DNA of 64,000 nucleotides, taken from assembly GCF_036321535.1 (NCBI RefSeq), contig NC_087436.1:78308001-78372000 (forward strand), given 5' to 3'. This document shows, one piece after another, positions 1 to 12,279 of this stretch; positions within the stretch are counted from its first letter, which is position 1, and the number at the start of each line of letters is the position of its first letter. Made by a program: the position numbers and the translations under genes. The notes beneath the pieces were generated by a model that was not told where the DNA came from, searched no databases, and worked only from the letters and a program-made list of their open reading frames with translations. The DNA is from Camelus dromedarius. Taxonomy: Eukaryota.

Positions 1-381
1 TGGGCTGAATTGTTCCCCCAAAATTAATATGCTGACTCACTAAGTCCCAACATCTTAGAATATGACTATATTTGGAGATAGGTCCTATAAAGTGGTAAAA
101 TAAGGTAAAATGAGACTCTACGGGCAGGCCTAACCCAACATGACTGGTGTCCTCAGAAGAGAAGAGACTAAGACACAGACAGCACATGAGCATAGAGGAA
201 AAACCAAGTGAAGACAAAGAAGACAGTCATCTGGAGCCGAGAAAAGAGACCTCACCAGAAACTAACTCTGCTGGCACCTTGATTTGGGTTTCTAGCCTCC
301 AGAGCCACGAGAAAGTAAATTTCTGTTAAGCCACCCAGTCTGTGGCACTCTATCATGTAATCCTAGCAACCTGGTATTACA
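1..381 (+). mobile_element. MaLR solo LTR, MLT1A/B-like (start probably just outside the window)
   Basis: Typical MLT1 motifs: tgggctgaattg, tatttggagatagg, atgactggtgtcct, ctgctggcaccttgat, taagccacccagtctgtgg. Confidence 0.85.
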
Positions 382-569
382 TAGACCCTGACTAATCTAC
401 CCTAAAGAAGTTAAGAATCCAAAAATGGGGGTCCAGCAAAACCGAATCCTGAATCAAAAGGGGCCATTATCCTCACATTCATTGTCAACCACATACATCT
501 GAAGGAAAAATGTCTGGTTCTCAAATGTTAGAGCTCACAAAGATCATTTAGGGGGCTGTTCACCACACA

Positions 570-702
570 ATTTGCTGAAACCCAACTCCGGAAATTCCAA
601 GTCAGGAGGTCTGAGGTGGCTCCTAGGAATGTGAGTGTTACTGAGCATCTAAGGAAATTCAAAGAGATACATGGTCCACTAACTACAACTTGAGGACCAC
701 TT
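570..702. mobile_element. MER5-type hAT-Charlie fragment
   Basis: ggaaattcc..aggtctgaggtggctcctaggaat..ttgaggaccact resembles a degenerate MER5. Confidence 0.55.
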
Positions 703-1144
703 GCCTGCCAAGGATTGTGGGAATCTGGGATGAGAAGTAGGAAAATACAGAAATGGGTGCTGATTCCTGCCCGCCTTTCTCTTTGAAGAATACAAATAAA
801 TGAGCCTCTTTTCCCTTTTTGCTTCTCTTTTAAATGCCTGGTGTTAAAATTCTTAATTTGATTGAGCCAGTGGGTGGGCCGGGATAATGGAAACAGGCTG
901 AATGTTGGTAAATTACTCAAACTAGTCCAAAAGCAGATCTGCACTAGTTCTTTAAATTCCCCAGTTTAAAAACATAAACACACAAATTTTGTGCTTATTT
1001 ACATTTTTAGAAATTTAGTTGGGTTTCTATGCCATATTAAATGCCATAAACATCCATGAATATGGCCTTTGTACTCACTTCAAAATCATGATAGCAAACA
1101 TGACTTCAAGGACAAGACTTCCATTTATAAAAGGGATTGAAAGC

Positions 1145-1756
1145 TGTGATGGTAAATTTTATGTCAACTTAACTTGACTTGGCTAGCGGATGCCCAGATA
1201 GCTGGTAAAACATTATTTCTGGGTATGTCTGTGAAGGTGTTTCTGGAAAAGATTGGTATTTGATTTAAGAGACAGAAGAAAAGAGATCTACCCTTACCAA
1301 TGTGGGTGGGCATCATCCAATCCGTTGGGGCGCCAAACGGGAGTAAAGGCTAAGGAAGAGCAAACTCCCTGTCTTCTTGAGTTGGGATAGCCATCATTTC
1401 CTGCCCTTAAACTTTGGAGCTCCTGCTCCTCAGGCCTTTGGACTCCAGGACTTACACTAGCAGTTCCCTGGTTCTCAGGACATCATATATATATTACATG
1501 ATTTTAGTATATTTGCTTTGTGTAAGTGTTAGTATTGTGATACTGTACTATTTTTAAGTGGACTTGCAGAGAGCATTTCAATCATATCAGAGGTTAAATA
1601 GGCCTTTGTATAATATATAAATATATATTATATATAAATAATAAATGTATAACATATAAATATATACTATATATAAATAATATATATAATATATGTGATA
1701 ATATATATGTGTATTTCCTATTGGTTCTATTTGTCTGGAGAATTTTGACTAATACA
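1145..1756 (+). mobile_element. ERVL solo LTR, MLT2 family, with internal rearrangement
   Basis: Starts tgtgatggtaaattttatgtcaac and ends ctggagaattttgactaataca. Near-matching 5-bp TSD aaagc (1140-1144) / aaagg (1757-1761). Confidence 0.9.
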
Positions 1757-2115
1757 AAAGGCAATCCAATTCCAGAGAAATATCATTTCCATTTGACATA
1801 AATGAGTTCTTTGATCTCTCCTGGTAAATGTCTTACCTAGACAGAATGGACAGTGGGCCTGGTAAAATATCACCTGTATTGTCCGTATCATGCTTTGCAT
1901 TCAGTCCCCACTTATAAACTTCTAAAAATGTCTTTCATTAGTTAGGCATTAAAGACATAGAGTTTATTTTCCCCATAGAAGTCATTTTATAGGGGAAAAA
2001 CACAAAGGCCTATTTAACCTCTGATATGATTGAAATGCTCTCTGCAAGTCCACTTAAAAAATAGTGCACTATCACAATACTAACACTTATACAAAGCAGA
2101 AAAATACTAAAATCA
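1499..2115. repeat. Long inverted repeat: arms 1499-1609 and 2002-2115, spacer 392 bp
   Basis: The reverse complement of 1499-1609 aligns to 2002-2115. The inner 59 bp are identical; the rest has about 4 substitutions and 2 small indels. Confidence 0.97.
1610..1712. repeat. Degenerate (TA)n / AT-rich low-complexity tract
   Basis: Read directly from sequence. Confidence 0.95.
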
Positions 2116-2654
2116 ATTTAAGAACAATTTTGCTTTTTCTGTATATCTTGAAGAATAGTGTGAATAAAAAAAGCATACTTAATTTGAAGAAGATGGAGAC
2201 TGAAGTAGACACTCTGGAATTCTGAAGAGGCCTTACTAGAAATTTCAGGACATGGTATCCACTGCTAATAAATGATGCCTCGGGTCTGATACCCCCAACT
2301 TCCCTCCCAAGCAGATGCTTTTGCTTTTCTTGATTCAAGTTCAGCCCAGCGTTACTCTGCTCTGGAGCAGCTGCGACTCGGGGCACTTAGGACGACTGTC
2401 GGTGAAGAGTAGCAGGAGAACAAAACAAGCTGCTAAGCAGCTCCCTGCACAGGGCACACCGTGCCCAGGCCAGCCCGCACTGGGGACTGACTACTTACTG
2501 CCTATTGTCACCTGTGTTCAAGCTCGAAAAACTCAGAAATGAGAAGAGACCATCAAAAGGGGGAGAAAAAACTTGCTTTCCTCAAATAAATGAGTAAAAA
2601 TTAGAAAAGAGAGGAAAGATGGGGAAGGAAGAAAGACAAAGAAGAAACTAAAAT

Positions 2655-2918
2655 AAAAATAATAACATCAACAACGCACATTTTCTGAGCATTTACAATG
2701 TGTTTCCACCTGCCCTCCAACTTACATGTTTCTACAGAACTCTCATAATACGGCCACGAGAGAAGCATAATTGTATTACGATCTCAGTTTTATAGATGGG
2801 AAGACTGAGGCATACAGAGCAAAATCATTTGCCCAAAGTCATGGTGCTGAGAAATGGCAGAACCAAGATTTGAACCAATCCATCTGATTCAAAGCCCATG
2901 GTCTTAAAAACCCTGCTA
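2655..2918 (-). mobile_element. MIR SINE
   Basis: Reverse-strand MIR core: ttttatagatgggaagactgaggc..atttgcccaaagtc..gatttgaacc. Confidence 0.85.
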
Positions 2919-4918
2919 TTTATATGAGAATAACTGCCCAAGGAAGAATTAGCAGTGTCTAGAGTAACAGAAATCAGAGACTACCCAGAAACCACGTTGC
3001 ACGAATAACTGCTTCAAAAGAAAGGAAGTCGTGGGGTAAAGGTAGTAGATCAGAAGTCTACCCAAGTCAGACCTGAGCTGGCATCAGCGGCCAAGGACGC
3101 CAAGGTGTTGTCCAGAGGCAGCTCTGCGGGGAGGCAGGATGGGGAAGGGTTATTATTTAACTGGCACCACATCTGCAACAAACATTCACAATATCAGGTG
3201 CATCTAACTTGACGACCCTCTGCAAGGTACTTTATTGTAGACTTCAATACCTTTAAATAAAGCTAGGCTACCTAATAAGGCTAATCCTCCACCACCACAG
3301 ACACATACGTACTTGACAAGAGGCAGCAGTAGCTGAAGGAAATGTTACAAAAGAAATCCATGATTTTCTTCTATAATCAAATTATACCAAGTGTCCTGGA
3401 ATTGAGACCTGAACTCTTGTAAGTCAATGTGAATTAGAACAGTGTGTCCTGTAGTTATTCCAAGGCTGAAAACAGCAGGGGGGGATATGATTATGTTTAC
3501 CAGATCTGTTTATGACAAAGAGCATTCTGATAGCTAAGTCTACAGTTGTGACTGAGCACAGAACAAGCAGGACTTTAATGGAAACCAAATGGGAATTTAA
3601 GTGACCTCTCCCAGCAAATATCAACCCTTTTCCCCACCAGTGATCCTGCTCACGTTGGAAAAGGGGCCCCACTATATGATTTCTCTCCTACTTCCAACAG
3701 AACTAGGACACATGTCAGTTTTCTCTACCAACATTAAGAATTCAATTTAAACCCCAAGATGAAACTGACAAGGGAGCAATCTTAAATTTGGGCCCTGGTT
3801 TGAGTTCCCTTAATTGGAGCTGCAGGGTAATTTAAGGGCTCACTCTGCAAATGGGGTGATTAGCAACCCAGTAAGCCGGCTCTCTTAGCAGGCTGTACTC
3901 AGAAGTGTCACCCCCAGGTTCAGAGACTGGGACAAGGGACACCGCTGAGCTGATGTGACATTAAGAACGCTCCCCTTCCACTTCGTGTCCTTGTCTGTGC
4001 TTGCCTTCCAGACTACAAAAGAAGAAATGGCTAAAAATGGAAAGGTTCCAGAAACAGGAGTATCCGCCACTGGATGCTTTGTCAGGTGATAACAGTGCAG
4101 TAAAACTGCATAGTGTTAAAAGAAGACACTCCCTTGACCTGTGGATTGTTTTTAACCCGATTATCTTTGGAAGAAATCATGAAGACAGTTGAATTCAAAA
4201 GACCTATGATGCTCTGAACGGCAATTCTTTCATCACGTAGGACCACCGCCTCCTTGACTGAGGGAGAGGGAAAGTATCTGAACCTCCAACAGAAATTTCA
4301 GGAGTCTCCCCTTGCGGAGGAGTATCTGTGTAAGTGACTGGGACAGAATTCCTCTCTGGTCACTGAGCTGCTGTCAGGCCCTCCCAGATTCCCTTCCTCT
4401 GATTTTCAGCTCTTCCCACACAGTGGGTCACTGCACAGCCGTGGGCCCAGTCCCATCTGGGGGAGATGACCAGATGTTCTCATCCGGGAGCAGCGGTGAG
4501 TCAGCCTCAGCTGCTGCTGGACGTCTCTTTGCCTTTCTTTCTGTTAACAGTGCTACATCACTGCAGCAGGCGGGCTCCCAGCAGGAGACAGAGGGCATTC
4601 TAAAGGGAGTTTAGTGAAAGGATGTGGCACAGAGGTGTAGACAGGATGAAGGGAAACCAGTAAGGGGTGGGGATGCACCCCAGGCTAACATCAGTGCCGC
4701 CAGCCCAGGGGACAGCTGCAGCCATGAGAGAGGGGGGCACCGGGAGCCCCGCAGCTGCCACACTGCAACCCAGCTGTCAGAGAGTCAGGGAACTCTGTCC
4801 CCGCACCCTCCCACACTCCAATGCCACTGCCCAGTGGCCAAACCCAAATGGAGCCAGAGGACCCTAGAGTTAGAGGCTGTGAGGTCAGCCTCCTCATGCA
4901 ACAGGACATCTCCAACCC

Positions 4919-5429
4919 TGTAATAGGGAAGAACAAATCTGACTTCATATTAATCTGTTCCTTTGGCTCTAACCCTGTGCTGCTTCCAGTCAAGCTGGTT
5001 CTGTACTTTTTTGTAAAAGAATTTTGCCCGTAGCATGAAATATACAGGCTAGCCCATTCTCAAAGCTCCAAACTTTAAGGTTATAACACTTTCCCATTCA
5101 TATAAAGATTAAAAGTTGCAGAATAGGAAATAACACTTGCCTTATTGGAGGTTTACAGGGACACCATGACCTGACCTACATGGACAGCTGCAAGAACAAA
5201 GGATTCTGACACCAAGAGGCTTACAGCAACTAATCACACCCCTTCCCCTTTTTAGTATAAAAGGAGCCTGAATTGTGACGTGGGGGAGGGGAGATGGCTC
5301 TCCAGGACATGAGTCTGCCATTTTCTCAGTCTGCTGGCTTTTCAAATAAAGTCATTATTCCTTGTCTCAACAGTTTGTCTACCAATGTGTTGGCCTGTCA
5401 TGCAGCGAGCAGAACGAGTTTGCACGTCA
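4919..5429 (+). mobile_element. ERV1-class solo LTR (MER34/MER39-like 3' end)
   Basis: Starts tgtaatagggaagaacaaatctgac. TATAAAA at 5256-5262, AATAAA at 5345-5350. 3' end ggcctgtcatgcagcgagcagaacgag. No clear TSD. Confidence 0.75.
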
Positions 5430-5569
5430 GCCTTTCTTTAGGAAACACCTCCTTCCCACCCCCTTCCCTTCATAGTGAATAAGTATTCTGTGGTGAGACT
5501 ACATGTATGTCCTTGCCTCGTAGTTCTTCATCAGCTTCCAGTCTGTGTCCGTTTGAACTCACAGTTCCC

Positions 5570-6490
5570 TGTTTCATTCAGTGGGTACTGACTTCTTGGA
5601 ATCGTTATTTATTTTGAAATTCCACTGGCCCCCAGAAGTGGCCAGTGGGGACCTTCAAACTATTCCTGAGTCCTCTGGACATGTCCCTCTCATCCTCTGA
5701 GCCCTTCCTTACTTTCCTGCACAAAACTTTCCAGCTCACACTGTGCCTTCCCTGACCCAACCCTTTAATCAACCATTTCTCCAAGGACCCCTGGTTCCTT
5801 TCAGTGAAGAATGGTATTAAAAACTATAGATATTTACATTTAGAAAGTAATTTCTACTGCATAGATACACATTTACATTTATACGTATATTTTACTCTAC
5901 ATCTCTAACTTTCCACCTATTTATCTACCTATCTAGCTATCTAGCTAGCTATCTAACCATCCATAACAAGAAAATCATGAATTCACACCAGTACCTCCAG
6001 TTCCAACCCAGGACCACAGGGCTGATTTTACTTTCCTCCCTTTCCATGTTTGTACTACGTTTCTGTCACAGTTGCAACCTGGCCCCTTCATTCCCTGCCT
6101 GGGCTCTGACCCTGTCCCAGAGCTGCCCCCAACCTTCACAGGGGGAGCCTTCTCACACTTCTCAGGCACTGACACCTCACTCTGGGCCACCTTCTTCCAT
6201 GGACACCCTCCTCACCCTGCCTGGGCTCCGACACTCCATGCCAGGCCATCCTCCGTCCTGGACACTGATCTCCAGCACCGGCACTGAATGGACACCTCCT
6301 CACCCAACTCAAGCTCAGACATGATGCACCAAGCAGCCCTCCTACCTGGATGCTCTCGTTACCCACCTTGGACTCTAATGCCTGGCACAGACCACCCTCC
6401 CGCTGGGATGCACTTCTCACTGCCAGCACCCTGCTCTGTGCCACCCCTGCCCCCAGGGAAGACTCTTATCTTGCTCAGCCCCATTTAATG
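5570..6490 (-). mobile_element. Old L1 3' region (L1MC/L1MD-like) with internal degenerate ~57-60 bp repeat
   Basis: aaccatttctccaaggacccctggttcctttcagtgaagaatggtatt and aaaatcatgaattcacacc resemble reverse-strand L1MC/MD 3' UTR. Confidence 0.65.
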
Positions 6491-6594
6491 GCTTTCAAGT
6501 GGAACGGTTCAGGAAGGGAAAGGAAAAGATGGGAAGAAAAGAAACAGAGGAAGAACAGGAGTGTTAATTTACTAGAATATAAACCACGGATCAT

Positions 6595-6982
6595 TAGTGG
6601 CTGTGTTACCCACGTCACGAAGAGCTGCCAGAGAATGACACCAATACCGGGAAAAGCAGAGTCAAGAGTTGCCAAGAGAGAGAAAAAAATGTGACAATGA
6701 ATATACGCATGTTCGTGTATAACTGAAAAACTGGCCTCTACACTGGAATTTGACACAACATTGTAAAATGATTATAAATCAATTAAAAAATGTTAAAAAA
6801 AAAAAAAAAAAAAAGAGTTGCCGAGAGAGTTCCAACATCATGTGACAACCTGGGTCCAGCCATGTCTGAAGTCAGGTATATGACCAGATTTTCCCTACAG
6901 AAAACAATAAATTAAATGATGTGCTCAAGCTAGTTTCGGGTGGAATTTGTCACTAGGAATCGGCAAAGTCTTAATAAATAGC
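6595..6982 (+). mobile_element. Old MaLR LTR fragment (MLT1J/K-like), interrupted by an L1 tail
   Basis: cctgggtccagccatgtctgaagtc..ctcaagctagttt..tgtcact..aaagtcttaataaata resembles the 3' half of MLT1. Confidence 0.6.
6681..6812 (+). mobile_element. Extremely 5'-truncated young L1 (3' UTR end plus poly-A) with 17-bp TSD
   Basis: Closely matches the L1 tail at ~32995-33134. TSD aagagttgccaagagag (6664-6680) / aagagttgccgagagag (6813-6829). Confidence 0.92.
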
Positions 6983-7587
6983 ACAACTATCACTGTTAAT
7001 CTTGTTTTTTTCTTGCGGCGTTACTCTAATAACTGACTGGGGTTGTGCAACATACTTAACAAAGTCCTTATGAGGTATTGCAATTCAGATAACTGGATTT
7101 TCCCATTAATAACTCAACAATACATCCACCATACTGTGAGTAGGATTACATTAATTGTCTTTCTACCCTTTGAGCAGAACCTGGCCCTTAACATGTACTC
7201 CATAAACATTTGCTGACTCTGACATGAGGTCACACCTTGTTCTTTATAGGCCCCACTAAGAACTGAAGTCACGTTCCTCAATCTGAGCCTGGTATCTGGG
7301 ACCCTATGCCCTTAGAACACTTGCAGACATTGTAAAGCAAACTGCCTGCTTGTGCACTTAAAATGTTACATATCATCCTGATAATCATGGTGAAAACTAA
7401 CACTGTTGCGCTCTTCCAAGAGCCAAGGGCTTTCCATATAGTATCTCACTTAGTTTTCACAAAAAATCCTATAGTATAGGTAGTGTAATTGTCAGTCCCA
7501 TATTACAGTGTCTATGCCAGGATTTGGACTCAGACAGTGTGTCTTCTACACCATCTTCCTTTTTCCCTTTTAGATCATCTCTGATCT

Positions 7588-8035
7588 TTTAAAATCTGTA
7601 ATTGTGGCAAAATCCACATAACAAAATTTACCACAGTACCCATTTTTAAGTGTACAGTTCAGTAATATTAAGTGCATTCACGTTGTTGTGCAACTGACCT
7701 CCTGAACTTTTTTATCTTGCAAAACTGAAACTCTGTACCTGTTAAACAACTCCTCCTTCCTCAATTCCTCCAGTGCCTGGAAACCACAACTATTCTACTT
7801 TCTGTACCTATGAACCTGACTAATCTAAGAACCTTTGATAAGTGGAATCATACAAACAGTGTTTGGGGGTTTTTTGTGATTGATTTATTTCATTTAGCAT
7901 AATGTCCTCAAGGTTCCTCCATATTGTAGCATCTGTCAGGATTTCTTTCCTTTCTAAGGCTGAATAATATTCCATTATATGTATATACCACATTTTGCCT
8001 AGCCATTCATTCGTTGATGAACATCTGCATTGTTT
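7588..8035 (-). mobile_element. L1 3' end (L1MB-like)
   Basis: Reverse-strand translation KMWYIHIMEYYSAL..WRNLEDIMLNEINQSQK matches the L1 ORF2 C-terminus, followed by an L1M-type 3' UTR. Confidence 0.88.
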
Positions 8036-9625
8036 CTGAAAGCTGCCCTTTCTAACCACTGCACTTAATCATTATCTCCCATATGCCCTGCTGCCTGCCC
8101 TCCACATTCAAACCCTCTTCTAAGACTGTCCCATGACCACTTGGGTGCCCTGGTCTGCCTACCTGCCTTGTTCTTTCTTCCCACTGCTAGCTGGTGCCTC
8201 CACCTGGCCCAACCTTAGCACCTGTCTAGCTCTGGGGTTGGGGAGGAGGGTTTCAGTCCTAAGGTCCAGTTTTTCCCTGTCTTCCCTGGTTGCTGTGGTT
8301 CACCCCTCTATGCTAGCCCTATCACAAACCACGTCAGCTACAAAGAACAGGGTTTCTAAGGAGCAGTACTCCCCGGCATACAAATTACTTGGAAGATGAA
8401 TCCTTCCTATCTCTTTTGAACATCCCTCTCAGGCACGCCGCTGACTGAAGCCGGGAAGCTCCTATTACTATTAATAACTCTACAGACAGGATGAAAAGAA
8501 GGAGCAGGGCTCAAAAATAAAACAATGATGAACTTGCCGCACGAACAAGGCCAAGACAAATGACTATAATGTATTCTGGATTCATACATTTCCAAGGCTA
8601 ATTAACCTGCCAAAGCCTAATCTTCAGCATTCTCTGAAAACACAATGCCACAAGGAAAATACTAATAAAGACCAGATATTTTCATTTGATAAACTCCAAA
8701 GGAAGGGTAATGTCCGTCTTCTCTCTAGCTCTGTGAAGGCACAAAGCAGGCACTAATTCATGAAACCAACAAAAGTCCAGAGGAAGGCACTCCTTTTTTG
8801 GCTTGCACCTCTGCGAGCTATTTTAGCTAGAAAAGGGAGCAGGAATAGGAGAGGCCACCATTGGATCTGCCACAACAGAAAGGAGAAGAGGATTAAGACG
8901 ACCTGAAGAGCACTTAGAAACTCACCTCTTCCACCAGTCCACTCCCTCCCCATCCTACAGCCTTGAAGGAGCTTTATATTTGTACCTTTTGATTCTGAGG
9001 TCTCATCCTCCTCTGCACCATCTTCCCACAGAGCATGAAGACTAGCTCAGCCCTGAAGTGTCCGAAGTGATGCCTGATGGCCCCAGGAGGTCTTTTCGCC
9101 TCCTTTCTCCCGGGTTCAAGAGAACCAAAACAGGCATACAGAGACCCCTCACAGCTCATCACATTGAAGGGTCTACACATCCGTTCAGATGTCCACGCGT
9201 CCCCACATTCTACAAGTAGTTACTGAGCCCACGACATGCCAGACGCTGTTAGGGACACAGTGCTGGGCAGTCGGCACAATTACTGTAGATCTCCATGTGC
9301 TGCAAAGTCATCATGAAGCCCTTTCTAAAATGCAAACACATAAAATACACCCTCCTCTGGTTTATGATAAACCTTCACATTATTTTCCTCATGTTCGACT
9401 GTGGTTTGACTTTTTTTACTTTTTTTTTCTTTTTATACTTTCCATTTGGTATTTATTTTACTAGATAGTCTAAATTAAGTCCAGCCCCAACTGCTAACTA
9501 GTCATCCCAATAGTATTTTCAAGAAGAAAAAAAATCTGTCCTTTGCCTCTGTTTTCTGTTATGTCTTGAATCATACAATTAATTTTTTCAGGTGAAAGGG
9601 CCATGGTTTTTTGAAATACTTCCCA

Positions 9626-9657
<32 letters not shown>

Positions 9658-10784
9658 GGATAATCTAATTCCTTCCCCTGCTGTCCCTAGGAAGAGAAAA
9701 AGAAAAGGCATACTAAGATTTGTACTGTTCCGGTGAAGACCGAGAGCAAGATGAGATTGGTTACAGACATTTTTTACAAATGCATTATAATATGAAACAT
9801 ATATACGTACAACAACAAAAGAATGAAATATTTTTCAATCTGTGGATGAGTACAAAATATTTTAACTACTATAACTTTTTGTGCTTCAAGATCTGATAGG
9901 GATAACCTCTCAAAATACACTTTTTCAGAATTTCCTTTGTAAATTCTGACTGTTCTTTCAGATAAACCCTTCTCTTCCATCCCAATCAGATTTTAATTGC
10001 TAATGTAGTAAGTCAGTAAATCACTTAAAGTTGGGGAAATCTTTACATGATCTAGTCTTCCCATCTGGGAGATATTTACTTTTAGTGAACTTGGGGACAA
10101 TTATTCAGAAAATGACCATTCAGTTCCAGAATCCCTGACCATGGCCAGCCTGACCTGCCACCATGAATAACACACTCAGCTGAATCCAGTAGCAAAATCA
10201 CAGAGCCTCACCATGAGAAAGTCCCCTGAGTCCTCTGAAACACTGGCCAACATCTATTAAGGCACTTCCTAAAGTTAAGAGCTGAAGATACAGTTCCTGC
10301 CCTCGAGAGTCTTATAACTTAGTTGAATAGGTATGTAATAGTCCCAGAATGAAAATTAACCGTAAAAATAGTTTATATTAAATATCAAACATGCAGTACC
10401 TATAGGAAGTGATAAAGTGATAAAGAGGGCTGAGGCCATTGGTTAGAAGACACAAGTATGAACAAGACTTGAAGGGCCTGGAAGGTGAAGATACGAGGCC
10501 TCACACTGTCAGGCATACAGGTAGTCAACAGCTTCTAGATAAACAAGGAGGATGGGCTTGCCAGCAGGGTAACACTACAGACGAGGGCACAGTGGGAGCA
10601 ATAAATGCACATGGTGTCCCTGGAGAGTAATGAGTTGGCCAATTTTTCCATCAGGTTACGGAGAGCAGATGGGAGAGGTGGGCACAGTGGGGTGCAGTGT
10701 CAAACTGGTAAGGGCTCACGGGAGAACCTCACCTCAGTTTTCTATTAGGGGCTCACAACTACTGGATTTGTTGGTGTTATTGTT

Positions 10785-11340
10785 TAATCCAATTCGATGA
10801 CCATTTATGGAGCACCCGCACATGCCAGGTATTGTGCACTCAGAATGTAAAGATGAGTAAGACGCTCTCTCTGAACTCAAGGATCTCCTAGTCGAATAGT
10901 CAAACGTATAAGCAGATGACTTCCAATCACTGTGGCAGGTATTATACAGAGAAATGCAACCTCCATGACAGGGAGCAGCAGGGAGAAGGTGCAGGAGAGC
11001 CTCTGGCGGCAGCGGTGCCTAGGCTGAGTCTGGATGATGAACAGGCATTGCTAAGCACTGGGAGCCAGACAGGGACCCCAGAGACCGACAGAGAAGAGGT
11101 GTGAGAGCATGACTCCAGGACTGCACACCAGGAATTACGTCCGAATGGCAGAGCTTGAGGGGGAGGAAGTGGGCACACAGGACCAGGGAAATGGGTAGGG
11201 CTCTGCTTATTATCCAAAGGAATCTGAACTTCACCCCATAGGCAATGGGGAGCCATTGAAGACTTTTATGTAGAAGGACTAGCACAATTAGACTTGTTTT
11301 GGAAAGAAAACTCCGGCCGGATTAAAGAGGCCTAGAGAGG
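10785..11340 (-). mobile_element. L2 3' fragment
   Basis: catttatggagcacc..tgccagg..ctcaaggatctc..ggcaatggggagccattgaag. Confidence 0.75.
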
Positions 11341-11429
11341 AGTGAGGGGAGTTGGTAGGATTTTGCCCATGCTGCTTTTTTATTGCTAGCGTCAGTAGTA
11401 AGGTGGGTTTTGCCCTTTAGCAAGTACCC

Positions 11430-11570
11430 TAAATGCAGCTCTCTTCCTAGCTCTGGCACAAAACAGTTAGGCACCCTGGACACATCATTTCTCCTCCGTG
11501 GCCCTCAGTTTCCTCATCACAAAATGGAGATGTTGTATGAGATGATCCCTAAGCTCCGGGTGGTGATAAT
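11430..11570 (+). mobile_element. MIR/MIR3 fragment
   Basis: cctcagtttcctcatcacaaaatggag core. Confidence 0.6.
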
Positions 11571-12279
11571 TCTTCAGACCCTCTCACTTACTTTCAAAGA
11601 AAGGTTGACAAGTATGTAGAAGGGGAGGGTGGGGTGTCAGTCAATAGTCTTTACCTTGATTTCCACAGAAGGTACACTAATTTAAATGAGCATGCTATCA
11701 AATTTATCAAACATTTTCTTTTTAAGTTTTGTCCAAGTTATAGGGAGGCCTACATTCTCAGAAAATTCTGTCTATATATTATGCGTTTGTATGGACTTTA
11801 AATTAAACTGCATTAGTGAAAACCATGTGAGCTCTCTGGATTAAATACTATATTTCAGGCCTAAAAATTCTGCCCATGCACAGAGTGCACCCAGAGGAAC
11901 GTTCACTCTCTGACTGCTCCTGCAACCTCCCAGTCCTAGCTCAGCCCAGTTTTATTAAAATCTCTATTAGTGCAACTCAGTTGTGATTAAATATTCTTCC
12001 CACTTTTTCAAGAAGAAAAAAAATGCAGCTAGCTCTGGATAGCCTGTGTCAACTGGGGACATGGATCACAGGGATAAATTAAATCCATAAATAATCCAGA
12101 ACCTTCATTGAAGCCAAGAGCTTCAATCTCCTTCCTCAACAAACCTTTTCCAAGAGCTTCTAACAAATTATTCAGTCTGATGTAGATGAGATTGCTTTGT
12201 GCAGGGTCAGCTCTAGGCGAAACGGGGAGGTGACTACCTGCTACCCTCAACCCCCAGACCCCCACTCCCTCTCTGTTCT

